The notes: generated from the letters alone by a model not told the origin. Positions 10,172-19,389 are shown, counted from the stretch's first letter. The stretch: DNA of 64,000 nt from an uncultured delta proteobacterium (GCA_963827685.1 CAWHBU010000004.1:544001-608000); one strand, 5' to 3'. A program made the numbers and translations.

Positions 10172-10885
10172 ATGCTCATTAAGCTGAAAATTTTTCGTTT
10201 TGATCCGAGTAAGGATGAAAAGTCCTATTACCAGACCTACGAGGTCGAGGCCGATCCCATGGATCGACTTCTCGATTGCCTCAACCGAATCCGCTGGGAA
10301 CAGGACCCAACACTCTCCTACCGATGGTCTTGTGGCCACGGCATCTGTGGATCGGACGGGATGAAGATCAACGGGATCTGTGGTCTGGCTTGCCAAAAAT
10401 TGGTCAAGGATTTTAAAGAAGAAGTTTTAATCGAACCTCTTCCCGTGTTTAAAGTGTTCAAAGATTTGGTGGTAGACCTCGATCCTTTTTTTGAAAAATA
10501 TAATTCCATCAAACCCTATCTCATCACAAAAACTCCTCCTCCTGATCAGGAAAGAAATCAGTCAGCGGAGCAGCAGCATCTCCTTGAGGAAGCCATCCGT
10601 TGTATCCTCTGCGCCTGCTGTACGGCATCCTGTCCTGTCAATCAGAATCCGGAGACAGCCAACTATGTCGGTCCTGCTGCTTTAGCCCGGTCCTTTCGAT
10701 ACCTCTTCGATTCAAGGGATGAGGGTTCGGAGGAAAGGATTGCTCTCCTGGATCACAAGGATGGGGCTTGGGGTTGCCAGACCCTATGGAAGTGCACGGA
10801 AGTCTGTCCCAAAGAGATTCCCGTTACCAAGGAGATTGGCCAGATCAAGAAACGCATCTACGAAACCAAACACCCCAAGAAATAG
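10172..10885 (+). CDS. sdhB: succinate dehydrogenase/fumarate reductase Fe-S subunit
   Basis: SCGHGICGSDG..LAC, CILCACCTASCP, CQTLWKCTEVCP. Confidence 0.95.
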   Translation: MLIKLKIFRFDPSKDEKSYYQTYEVEADPMDRLLDCLNRIRWEQDPTLSYRWSCGHGICGSDGMKINGICGLACQKLVKDFKEEVLIEPLPVFKVFKDLVVDLDPFFEKYNSIKPYLITKTPPPDQERNQSAEQQHLLEEAIRCILCACCTASCPVNQNPETANYVGPAALARSFRYLFDSRDEGSEERIALLDHKDGAWGCQTLWKCTEVCPKEIPVTKEIGQIKKRIYETKHPKK

Positions 10886-11112
10886 GATGGAGGAAGTAAG
10901 AAGTAAAAAGTTGACTTCACAGAAGGTGTTCTACTTGGCGCCTTCACTTATCTTCAATAGCAAGTTGATCTGAAAGCTGATGATTATGGATGAAAATATG
11001 GAAATAAAAAGGTAGAGCCTTCTCTGATCCCGCCTTTTCGCTCCTCAACTCAAAAGGCATTGGGGATGGTATTTCATTTAGTGTGGATTAAGGATGCAAC
11101 AGCCCAATAATG

Positions 11113-11667
11113 TCAAACAGCACGATACATATGTATGAAAGCCAACAGATAGAGAATGAAAAAAATACTCGGCAGCATCCAGGTCAGATGACGTGGTTTA
11201 GCAGCGCCTATGAATCCGTCCATCCGGGTGAGACCCTTCACTGGATATTGTAGGAGCTCCTTCTTATCAGGGCTCTCTATGTTCCGTATTTTAGAATTGA
11301 AAAAGATATCCTCATCAGAACAAAAGTTCTCGCCTTCTGAATCCATCTTCCGCTCAAGATATCTGGCTTGAAAATAACGAAGCTTCAGCTTAAGTTGCAA
11401 CCTCATCGCGGATGCAATCCAGAATATGCACACGAACATACCGATAACAAGCCAAAACAGAAAGAAATAGGTGCTTATGTAGAAATAGGATGAGCCGAAT
11501 GGTTTCAGTATATTGAGAGAGATAGTCGAGGTAAAGAAAATAAAAACATTGACGATTAAATACACTATTTCAGAACGGAGGAGACGGTCTTCCATAATAC
11601 CAATCAGATTCATCAACATTAGGTATTTCTGCAGAGTTTGTTCCATTTTCTCATTCGCTTCATCCAT
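11113..11667 (-). CDS. hypothetical membrane protein (about 3 TM segments)
   Basis: 184-aa ORF with AGGGGG RBS and three hydrophobic stretches; AT-rich relative to neighbours. Confidence 0.7.
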   Translation of the reverse strand: MDEANEKMEQTLQKYLMLMNLIGIMEDRLLRSEIVYLIVNVFIFFTSTISLNILKPFGSSYFYISTYFFLFWLVIGMFVCIFWIASAMRLQLKLKLRYFQARYLERKMDSEGENFCSDEDIFFNSKIRNIESPDKKELLQYPVKGLTRMDGFIGAAKPRHLTWMLPSIFFILYLLAFIHMYRAV

Positions 11668-11763
11668 AATACCCCCCTTATTTTGTTATCTGATGGCTAG
11701 TTTACAAGAGCCTGATATATAAGCATACCATAACACCATTGAAGATAATAGAAAAAAATCCCT

Positions 11764-11972
11764 CCGAAATCCCGATTTAGGATGCGGTCTTTGCGAGCGA
11801 AGCGAAGCAATCTCGCTTTTCGCGATGAGATTGCCACGCCTGCGTGCCGGAACGTTTGGCTGCACATATCTGCTTCATAAAGACAAGCACTTCGGCGTGC
11901 AGGCACGCACCTTTCAGGTGCTCGCAATGACGGATTGAGAAGGGGCTTCCCTTTTCTAAATCGGAATTTGGG
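11764..11972. mobile_element. three-level nested palindromic repeat (MITE-like shell, REP-like hairpin, CCTGC element)
   Basis: outer IR ccgaaatcccgatttag/ctaaatcggaatttggg; middle gtctttgcgagcgaagcgaagcaatctc...gctcgcaatgac; inner cctgcgtgccgg...ttcggcgtgcagg flanked by cacg on both sides. Confidence 0.6.
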
Positions 11973-12081
11973 TCCCTCTTCCTGGATGGTTTTTCCTCTA
12001 ATATCTTTTGTTCTTCTCAGGAATCAAAAATTATTTTGAAATTAAGGGCGTTATGTAAGATAATGGGTCGAGGTTTCAATC

Positions 12082-14625
12082 ATGTCCGGTACTCCAAAGA
12101 TGAAAGACGCTTATATAGCCATTCACGGTCATTTCTATCAGCCTCCACGGGAGAACCCCTGGCTCGAAATCATTGAGACCGAGGAGAGTGCCCATCCCTT
12201 TCATGACTGGAACGAACGGATCGCTCTGGAGTGCTATCGGCCCAATGCTCACGCTCGGATCCTTGATAGCAAAGGGAAGATTTTAGAAATCATCAACAAT
12301 TACTCCTCCATCAGTTTCAATTTTGGTCCCACGCTCCTCCCCTGGCTGGAGAAATATTTTCCTTCGGTCTATCAGAAGATCCTTGAGGCAGACCGGGAAG
12401 GTTTGAGGCGATTTGGCCATGGGAATGCCATCGCGCAAGTTTATAACCACATCATCATGCCTTTGGCCAATGACAGGGATAAAGAAACAGAAGTCCTCTG
12501 GGGAATGGCCGATTTTGAAAAACGGTTTCATCGTAAACCCGAGGCCCTCTGGCTTCCTGAGACGGCTGTTAACTACGCCACCCTTCAGGTATTGGTCAAA
12601 CATGGAATGCGCTATCTCATCCTGAGCCCCTTCCAGGCGTTGAGGGTAAGGCCCTTTGGGGGCAAAAAATGGACGGATGTCTCTCAAGGCCGGATTGATA
12701 CGACGCGACCTTACCGATGTTTTATCAAAGATGCCTCCGGAAAAAAACTCTCAGACCAGTTCATCGACATCTTTTTTTACAATGGGATCATCTCAAAGGA
12801 AGTTGCCTTTGGGGATCTTTTAAAAGATGGTACTATCTTCGGTAATCGATTTGCACAGTTCTATCAGGAGTCGAAAGAGAGACCTCAGTTGATTCACATC
12901 GCCACAGATGGCGAGACCTATGGGCACCACAAGAAATTCGGAGAGATGGCCTTGGCCTTTGCATTGGGCAATGGGTTTCTAACAAAGGGATTTGAAGTTA
13001 TCAATTATGGAGCTTTTCTGAAGCGTTTTCCTTCTGTTCATGAAGTGGAGATTGATGAAGGACCAAAAGGAGAGGGAACCTCCTGGAGTTGTGCCCACGG
13101 GGTGGGGAGATGGAAAGAGGATTGTGGGTGCAGCACCGGAGGGAAACCTGGATGGAATCAAAAATGGAGAAAACCTCTGCGGGAGGCTCTCGATCTTTTA
13201 CGGGATGAACTCAACCAGGTTTTTGAGAGAGAGGGAGGAAAGATCTTTCAGGATGTATGGAAAGCGAGAAATGGGTATATTGAAGTGATCCTTAATCGGT
13301 CTCCTGAAGGGATCAAAAACTTCTTCAATCAATATGGGGCAAAAAGCCTTGATGAAGAAGGCAGGATCAAAGGACTCAAGCTCCTTGAGATGCAGAGGCA
13401 TGCCTTGCAGATGTATACGAGCTGCGGCTGCTTCTTTGCCGACCTGGCAGGACTCGAGACGATTCTTGTCTTTGAGCATGCAGCCAGGGCCATCCAGTTG
13501 GCAGAAGAATGGGCAGGAGGAGAGATTGAGAAAAAATTCCTTCAACATTTATCTGAAGCCAAGAGTAATCTTCCTGGAATGGGGAAGGGCGATGAAGTTT
13601 ACCAGCGCCTGGTGAGGCCGAAATGGGTCACACCTGAAAGGGTGGTGAACCACTTTGCCATCACTTCTTTATTCGATGGCGGGGATGGGGAGAAGAAAAT
13701 CTTCTCCTATCGGGTGGAGAAGATTCGTTATGAAAAGATGGAAAAGGAAGAGAATCTGTTGGTCATGGGGCAGGTGCGGGTCACCTCCGAAATCATCCTC
13801 GAATCAAAGGAATTTCTCTTTGGATTGATTTCATCTAAGAAAGAGGTTTTTCGAACCTGGGTGTCGGAGAAGAAGGAAAAACTCGATTTCAATACCTTTA
13901 AGGAAAAAGGACAAGAGAGATTTGGGAAAGGTCAAGAAGAGATGGCTAAGGTTCTTACTTCACTCCTCGGGAATCGGGTCTTCACGATTCAAGATACGTT
14001 TGAGGAGGAGAGACAGGCCATCTTCCAGAAACTCATCCAGAAGGAATTTAATGAACACTGCCAGATTTATGCTGACCTTTTTGACAGGACGAAGCAGGCA
14101 GTCGAGGCATTGTCCAGAGGGGGGTTGGAGATTCCGTTCGAGATTCGTGTGGCGGCTGAGGTGACACTCAGCGATCGTTTGTTTCAAGAAATAAAGGAGC
14201 TGAAAAGGGATTTTAAAGGGACGATCGAAAGAAGGAAGATTGATGAGATTGTTGGAGAGGCAAAGGAGCACGGCTATCATCTGAGAAGGGAGAAATCTCT
14301 TTTTGCTTTGAATGAGATATTAATGGAAAGGATGAATGCCCTTCAGAAAAGCAAGGGTTCGGAACTTTCCCGTCAGTCAGAACAGGCTGAGGAGGTCATG
14401 GCACTCCTCGAGTTAGCAAAGAAGTGGGAATTCGAAATCTCCCTGGAGGAAGCTCAGAATTTAATGGGCGAAATATTGGAGGAATGTGTCGGGGATCTTG
14501 AGAAGTGCTGGTGGGAGAACGGGACTCCGAAACTATTCTCTCCGAATTTAATTACCCTGGCAGAGAAATTGGGGTTTAATGTGGAGAGATATTCGAAAAT
14601 AACTGGGCTGAGTAAAGAAGATTAA
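12082..14625 (+). CDS. glycoside hydrolase family 57 / DUF3536 protein
   Basis: IHGHFYQPPRENPW, HDWNERI..ECY, WLPETA, ATDGETYGHH, SWSCAHGVGRW. Confidence 0.9.
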   Translation: MSGTPKMKDAYIAIHGHFYQPPRENPWLEIIETEESAHPFHDWNERIALECYRPNAHARILDSKGKILEIINNYSSISFNFGPTLLPWLEKYFPSVYQKILEADREGLRRFGHGNAIAQVYNHIIMPLANDRDKETEVLWGMADFEKRFHRKPEALWLPETAVNYATLQVLVKHGMRYLILSPFQALRVRPFGGKKWTDVSQGRIDTTRPYRCFIKDASGKKLSDQFIDIFFYNGIISKEVAFGDLLKDGTIFGNRFAQFYQESKERPQLIHIATDGETYGHHKKFGEMALAFALGNGFLTKGFEVINYGAFLKRFPSVHEVEIDEGPKGEGTSWSCAHGVGRWKEDCGCSTGGKPGWNQKWRKPLREALDLLRDELNQVFEREGGKIFQDVWKARNGYIEVILNRSPEGIKNFFNQYGAKSLDEEGRIKGLKLLEMQRHALQMYTSCGCFFADLAGLETILVFEHAARAIQLAEEWAGGEIEKKFLQHLSEAKSNLPGMGKGDEVYQRLVRPKWVTPERVVNHFAITSLFDGGDGEKKIFSYRVEKIRYEKMEKEENLLVMGQVRVTSEIILESKEFLFGLISSKKEVFRTWVSEKKEKLDFNTFKEKGQERFGKGQEEMAKVLTSLLGNRVFTIQDTFEEERQAIFQKLIQKEFNEHCQIYADLFDRTKQAVEALSRGGLEIPFEIRVAAEVTLSDRLFQEIKELKRDFKGTIERRKIDEIVGEAKEHGYHLRREKSLFALNEILMERMNALQKSKGSELSRQSEQAEEVMALLELAKKWEFEISLEEAQNLMGEILEECVGDLEKCWWENGTPKLFSPNLITLAEKLGFNVERYSKITGLSKED

Positions 14626-14673
14626 GGGTCAGGTTTTGTATTAAGACAATTGCTTGATTGCAGGACCTGACCC
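14626..14673. repeat. 48-bp REP-like palindrome GGGTCAGG...CCTGACCC (copy 1)
   Basis: near-identical copy at 16756-16803; same ends at 15502-15633. Confidence 0.75.
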
Positions 14674-14724
14674 TCCTCCGATTTGGAATAGGTTGGACCC
14701 ATGAACCACTTTATCCTCTTCGCC

Positions 14725-14764
14725 TTGACGGCGTACTCTGTTTTGAGTACAATTGTACTCAAAA
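14725..14764 (+). promoter_or_regulatory. sigma70 promoter with overlapping operator for MNT-HEPN
   Basis: TTGACG-17-TACAAT; perfect 24-bp palindrome ttttgagtacaattgtactcaaaa at 14741-14764. Confidence 0.7.
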
Positions 14765-14777
14765 AGGAGTCCAATAG

Positions 14778-15353
14778 ATGTTAGAAAGTCTATACATTTC
14801 GAAATCAAAAATCAGACAGGATTTGCTCGCTCTTTTTTTTACCAATCCGTCTCAAAAATATTATTTGAGAGAACCGCAACGTGAATTAGGTTACTCAGCT
14901 GGTAGCATACGACGGGAGCTCTTAAAATTTCAAAAAGATAATTTATTTGATACCCAATCGGTCGGAAACCTAGTTTATTATGCCTTGAATACCAAGCATC
15001 CCTTATATAAAGAACTGAAAAGGATTGTTTCCAAAACGGTAGGAGTGGAAGGTAGTTTGAGGAAGACGCTTTCGTCTGTTCATGGAATAAGGTTTGCTTT
15101 CATATACGGTTCTTATGCGAAGAGGAAGGAAAAGGATAGCAGCGACATAGACCTTATGATCATTGGGAATCCCGATACCTCTCGCTTGAATGAAAAGATT
15201 GCTGAGTTAGAAAAAAGGCTTAAAAGAGAGATCAATCCAACCATCTATTCCTTGGAAGAATATCGGAGCAAGAAGAAGACCAAAAGTGGTTTCATCATGG
15301 AGTTATTAAAGAGTCCAAAGATATTGGTAATAGGTAAAGAAGATGATTTATAA
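14778..15353 (+). CDS. wHTH-fused minimal nucleotidyltransferase (MNT antitoxin)
   Basis: N-terminal wHTH; AFIYGSYA...SDIDLMIIG; REINP. Confidence 0.88.
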   Translation: MLESLYISKSKIRQDLLALFFTNPSQKYYLREPQRELGYSAGSIRRELLKFQKDNLFDTQSVGNLVYYALNTKHPLYKELKRIVSKTVGVEGSLRKTLSSVHGIRFAFIYGSYAKRKEKDSSDIDLMIIGNPDTSRLNEKIAELEKRLKREINPTIYSLEEYRSKKKTKSGFIMELLKSPKILVIGKEDDL

Positions 15354-15603
15354 AGAGTCGAAGGGAAATCTTTTGAAGCAAGGGTTAATGAAAAAATGTC
15401 CTGTGGATTGGAGAGCTATAAACAATCTTATGAAGCGGGCTTATACAGATTTGAGAACTGCCAAAAGAAACATCGATGATGATGAAGAATGTGCGGTTGT
15501 CGGGGTCCGGTCTTGCAATAGCACATTGAAGAAAATTGCGGAACATCTGGGTTTCCATTATGCTACTATAAGCCGGGGAATAAAGCGGGTGGAGGGGGGA
15601 TAA
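15343..15603 (+). pseudogene. HEPN toxin truncated by a REP-bounded insertion
   Basis: overlaps the MNT stop; HEPN-like N-terminus (..RAYTDLRTAKRNIDDDEECA) breaks at about 15495 and continues into unrelated HTH-like sequence. Confidence 0.65.
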
Positions 15604-15633
15604 AGTCAAATGTATGATTGCAAGACCTGACCC
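15502..15633. mobile_element. REP-bounded element carrying an HTH-like coding remnant
   Basis: ggggtccggtcttgcaat ... attgcaagacctgaccc ends; interior reads TLKKIAEHLGFHYATISRGIKR. Confidence 0.6.
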
Positions 15634-15843
15634 TTCTCGATTTTTCTAATCACGCTTTCTGTAAACGCATTGACACAAAATGTAATACATGAAGAATGGC
15701 CCCCTTAACCCGCAGTTCAATTTGTCCCGTGTCAAGGGCTGACCCCTATTTTGGACCTAAGGTCTGCTTGTTTCCCTCAAATTTTCCTAAACGAAACGAA
15801 ACCTGAAAAATGATATTTATTGCATCCGGTGTATTTTACTTAC

Positions 15844-16035
15844 TTATGGCTTCTTGGGGTCTTTCTCTGTCTTGATTACTCTTTGTTCATAAGGTTCAGA
15901 CATAAGCCGCTTCCAATCATCAAGTGGTCTGTCACCTTTGCCACTCTCAGGATGCCATTCCTTAATCCGTCTTGGCTTAGATTTACTGCTTGTCTTAATT
16001 GCCATTTGTTTTTGCCTCCTTTTGAGGTTTAACAT
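15844..16035 (-). CDS. small hypothetical protein
   Basis: basic ORF; AAAGGAGG lies before an internal ATG (MAIKTSSK...). Confidence 0.4.
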   Translation of the reverse strand: MLNLKRRQKQMAIKTSSKSKPRRIKEWHPESGKGDRPLDDWKRLMSEPYEQRVIKTEKDPKKP

Positions 16036-16178
16036 ACTTCGTCAGTTTGTACCAGACCCTATTAGGCCCTACCCCTTTATCGGAGACCTCCTTTCATCTG
16101 GAGAGGATCTTCTCATGGGTTTGCCGATGATCACCGATTGGAATCAAGCATGCTTATGAAAAAGTCGGGTTGTTGATT

Positions 16179-16406
16179 TCACTGAGCGTCATGAATTGGT
16201 TTGATTATGTTATCCACGTCTGGAGACCCTCCATCATAATAGTATGTGATCACCAATGCAACCTGGCCTTGAAAGGGTACTGAGCCAGCTGGCAATGCAG
16301 CGATTGCGGAGGCACGCACGTTTTGTTTCCAAGATTGGAGCCGCTGTTTGTTTCTCGTTTGTACAGAAACAGGGGGCCCTTTTATTGTAAATTCTAATGG
16401 TAACAT
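16179..16406 (-). pseudogene. RusA-like endonuclease, C-terminally truncated
   Basis: LEFTIKGPPVS..., PDVDNIIKPIHDA motif then a stop at 75 aa. Confidence 0.65.
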
Positions 16407-16589
16407 TTATACTTTCGAGACCTTTCTATTTTCACCCAACGTAATAGATACTGTGTTGGGACCTTGAATTATGAACCAAGCTTATTGAAGGTTTCGGGTA
16501 ATTTCGTCTCGGAAGCATCTTCTCGTTGAACCTAGTAGATATCTTCTTTGGTGCTTTGAAAGTTATGAGTGTAAGCTGGTTTTGATTTG

Positions 16590-16631
16590 CAAATCTTATC
16601 AAAATCAGACAAAAATACAACCAAAATTTTT
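16590..16631 (-). repeat. ~45-bp promoter-like repeat, copy A
   Basis: caaatcttatcaaaatcagacaaaaatacaaccaaaattttt. Confidence 0.8.
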
Positions 16632-16745
16632 ACGGTTTTCCACCGGATGAGCGCCTGATCAACACCAAAATGCCTACAATAATAAGAATCAGTGGCCACC
16701 ACTGAGCCATGAGCGAGCGAATAGGCGGTAGCCAGCCAAGATTGA
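16630..16745 (-). pseudogene. 5'-truncated duplicate of the small DUF5668-like membrane protein gene
   Basis: encodes NLGWLPPIRSLMAQWWPLILIIVGILVLIRRSSGGKP*; 5' half missing where the REP at 16756 sits. Confidence 0.7.
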
Positions 16746-16755
16746 GTCAAATTGA

Positions 16756-16803
16756 GGGTCAGGTCTTGCATTAACACAAATACTTGATTGCAAGACCTGA
16801 CCC
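16756..16803. repeat. 48-bp REP-like palindrome (copy 2)
   Basis: gggtcaggtcttgcattaacacaaatacttgattgcaagacctgaccc. Confidence 0.75.
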
Positions 16804-16824
16804 TCCTTCCTCCCGAGAAGCAAT

Positions 16825-17004
16825 CTACGGCTTTCCACCAGATGAGCGCCTGATCAACACCAAAATGCCAACAATGATAAGAATAATTGGCCACCACTGA
16901 GCCATGAGTGAGCGAATAGGCGGTAGCCAGCCAAGATTAGACAGGAGGAAAATGATACCCAACCCAATCAGGATGTACGCTCCGATTGCGGACTTAGATC
17001 TCAT
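16825..17004 (-). CDS. 59-aa two-TM membrane protein (LiaI/LiaF-like, DUF5668-type)
   Basis: not in ORF track; MRSKSAIGAYILIGLGIIFLLSNLGWLPPIRSLMAQWWPIILIIVGILVLIRRSSGGKP with GGAGGAG RBS. Confidence 0.8.
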   Translation of the reverse strand: MRSKSAIGAYILIGLGIIFLLSNLGWLPPIRSLMAQWWPIILIIVGILVLIRRSSGGKP

Positions 17005-17040
17005 AACGGCTCCTCCGTATGATGAATTTCATCCGCCTAC

Positions 17041-17325
17041 GCAGGAGACCACGGCCTTTGCCGTGGAGGAATGCGTTCATGCGCGACATACCATTTTGAC
17101 GATCAATGTATCATGCTTCGGCGGATTTCGCTCACCGGCGGATGACCCGCCGAAGCCTTGGCGCTTGTGCGCCCTGCCTCCGCCGGAGCGGCTCCCGCCT
17201 ACGCGAAGCCCGCGCTTCGGCGGGCGTAGGTAGGTCGCGCAGGCAGGCGAAGCGCTACAGCGCCTAGGTGCGTAGGTGGGTATGGTTTTTGGGGACCACG
17301 GGCTTGCCCGTGGGGCTCCATGCAA
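17041..17325. mobile_element. GC-rich non-autonomous element with IS200/IS605-like end hairpins and nested mini-elements
   Basis: hairpins ccacggcctttgccgtgg and ccacgggcttgcccgtgg near the ends; nested CCTGCC/CCCGCC elements at 17173-17247. Confidence 0.55.
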
Positions 17326-17340
17326 GACACTTCCGCTCAC

Positions 17341-17386
17341 CAAATCTTATCAAAATGGGATAAAAATACAACCAAAATTTTTGGGG
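17341..17386 (-). repeat. ~45-bp promoter-like repeat, copy B
   Basis: caaatcttatcaaaatgggataaaaatacaaccaaaatttttgggg. Confidence 0.8.
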
Positions 17387-17683
17387 GATTAAGGGGCAGA
17401 AGCATATGGCTGCAGCAATGCACTTTGATGTGAAAGACTTTCCTTTCTTAAGGAAGGCAAAGGTTTTGGACTGATTCGGCCTTGCCAATTCAATAAATCA
17501 TCCAGTTTAGCAAAAAAATAGTGCTTGACATTTAGGCCGCGTTTATGCGTCATATAGTTAATCCGGTTATCCGGAGGTGGATGGCGTAGCCATCGGGCCC
17601 GCAAGGGCCTTTTTTATTGCCCTCAAAGAAATTTTTTTCCAAAACATCGAGGTCCTTCCTGATCGTATTTTGTTTGCAGAATC

Positions 17684-17794
17684 TTAATCACCCCCAACCC
17701 AAATGGAGATATTTTCCCTGAGAATATGGTTTGGATTTTCTGAGCTTTCAAGGTCCGGGTTTCCCACTTCATCAATATAAATCCGATATTTCAT
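17684..17794 (-). pseudogene. DUF3800-like N-terminal fragment
   Basis: MKYRIYIDEVGNPDL resembles the Y-x-D-E-x-G start of DUF3800 proteins; ends after about 36 aa. Confidence 0.55.
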
Positions 17795-17863
17795 TCCGTA
17801 CTTGTTAATCTTCCCAATATCTTCAGTATTTTGAAGGTTATGAATGTTAGCCGGTTCGCTCAC

Positions 17864-17909
17864 CAAATCTTATCAAAATGAGATAAAATTACAACCAGAA
17901 TTTTTGGGG
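17864..17909 (-). repeat. ~45-bp promoter-like repeat, copy C
   Basis: caaatcttatcaaaatgagataaaattacaaccagaatttttgggg. Confidence 0.8.
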
Positions 17910-18079
17910 GATAGAAAGGTAGAACGATTGCCCTGTCGAAAGAAAAAAATTACGTCGGCACTAAATGCTGACGCTACATTATTCATGGAACTTATTACAC
18001 CGGGAAAGAATAGGGAGTCACGTTTTCAAAGGATATTGAAGAACCAATCTAAGAAGTGAAGCTCGCGCGCCCATCGGAC

Positions 18080-18349
18080 TCAGGCATCTTGCCTAAGCCT
18101 TTTTTCCTTATTCAAATGTTCCTTGATCCACATCCTGAGAAGCGACGTATAGCTCAGGCCCTTGTGTTCAGCAATCTTTTCTACCGATTTGATATCGTCT
18201 GGATCAAGCCTCACTGCGACAGTCCTCTTAGCTCTTCTGACGAATTTTATCCCGGCTTCTTTCGTTTCTCTGTAATAGTCCTGGAAATTATGGCTTTCCC
18301 AGAATCTTGCAGCTTCTCCATCGGTCTTAAATTTTGGTATCTTTTTCAT
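18080..18349 (-). CDS. brnA: BrnA/CopG-like antitoxin
   Basis: KKIPKFKT..EAARFWESH, VAVRL...A..KGLSYTSLLRMWI. Confidence 0.85.
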   Translation of the reverse strand: MKKIPKFKTDGEAARFWESHNFQDYYRETKEAGIKFVRRAKRTVAVRLDPDDIKSVEKIAEHKGLSYTSLLRMWIKEHLNKEKRLRQDA

Positions 18350-18351
18350 AA

Positions 18352-18633
18352 TTATTTGCCTCTTGTTTTAAAATAGGTCTTCTCCCACTCGCTCATGTCT
18401 CTTGCAGTAATAACCCTGACTTCCCCTTGCCTTATAAATCTGACTACCACAAAAAGAAATCTCCCGGAGTAGGTTTTCCCGAAAACATAATGTAGATTTT
18501 CTCTCCCCGATCTGATAAATGGAATCTCCTCCTCGTTGAAACATACTTCATCCACTTCCTCTGGCCTGACCGCGTGTCTTGCCACATGCTCTATGCTTTC
18601 ATCCGTCCATTTAATAGAGCTTATCGTCCTCAT
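18352..18633 (-). CDS. brnT: BrnT family toxin
   Basis: W...EHVARHAV.PEEV.EV, GKTYSGRFLFVV, RVITARDM. Confidence 0.85.
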   Translation of the reverse strand: MRTISSIKWTDESIEHVARHAVRPEEVDEVCFNEEEIPFIRSGRENLHYVFGKTYSGRFLFVVVRFIRQGEVRVITARDMSEWEKTYFKTRGK

Positions 18634-18796
18634 CTAAATTCCCATAAGCATCCGTGCCATTCCCGGCAATCATCTTAATGATAAACAAACGTATTGCATT
18701 TGTCAATAATAAGCCTTGTTCAGAGACCTGTTATCGATTGCATAATGTCATCGATTGTGCTATCGTATTACGAAATACGCATCGATGGAGGTACTC

Positions 18797-19003
18797 ATGA
18801 AGTCGGTAACCATTTCTCCGAAATATCAGGTAGTCATCCCGCGCGAGGTGAGGGAGTCCATGGAAATTAAACCCGGTTCAAAGGTCCAGGTCCTTTTGTA
18901 TGAGAACCGTATTGAATTGATTCCTATCAAAAACCTGAGGCGGATGCGGGGTTTCTTGAAGGGCATCGATACAACCGTGGAACGTGAAAGAGACAGGGTA
19001 TGA
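18797..19003 (+). CDS. vapB: AbrB/MazE-type antitoxin
   Basis: VTISPKYQVVIPREVRE; GGAGG RBS; overlaps the PIN gene. Confidence 0.88.
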   Translation: MKSVTISPKYQVVIPREVRESMEIKPGSKVQVLLYENRIELIPIKNLRRMRGFLKGIDTTVERERDRV

Positions 19004-19389
19004 ACCTCGTCGATTCGTGTGGATGGCTCGAATATTTCGCGGACGCTCCTCATGCCGATTTCTACGCCCCTGCAATCGAGGATGTTGAGAACCTCATTGT
19101 GCCGACCATCTGCATTTTAGAAGTTTTTAAACGGACCCTCCAGCAGCGCAACGAGGACGCCGCACTTCAAGCCATTGCTTTGATGCACCAGGGATTGATC
19201 GTCGATTTGACCTCAAGCATTGCCCTCGATGCCGCAAAGATCGGGGCCCAGCTCAAACTGCCACTTGCCGACAGTGTCATACTGGCCACTGCCCGCACCC
19301 ATGCCGCCGTCATCTGGACTCAGGACGAGGACTTCAGGGGTATCAAAGGCGTCAGGTATATCGAAAAAAGGACAAAGGGCCTCAGGTAA
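19000..19389 (+). CDS. vapC: PIN-domain VapC toxin
   Basis: VDSCGWLEYF, LPLADSVILATA, WTQDEDF. Confidence 0.9.
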   Translation: MNLVDSCGWLEYFADAPHADFYAPAIEDVENLIVPTICILEVFKRTLQQRNEDAALQAIALMHQGLIVDLTSSIALDAAKIGAQLKLPLADSVILATARTHAAVIWTQDEDFRGIKGVRYIEKRTKGLR

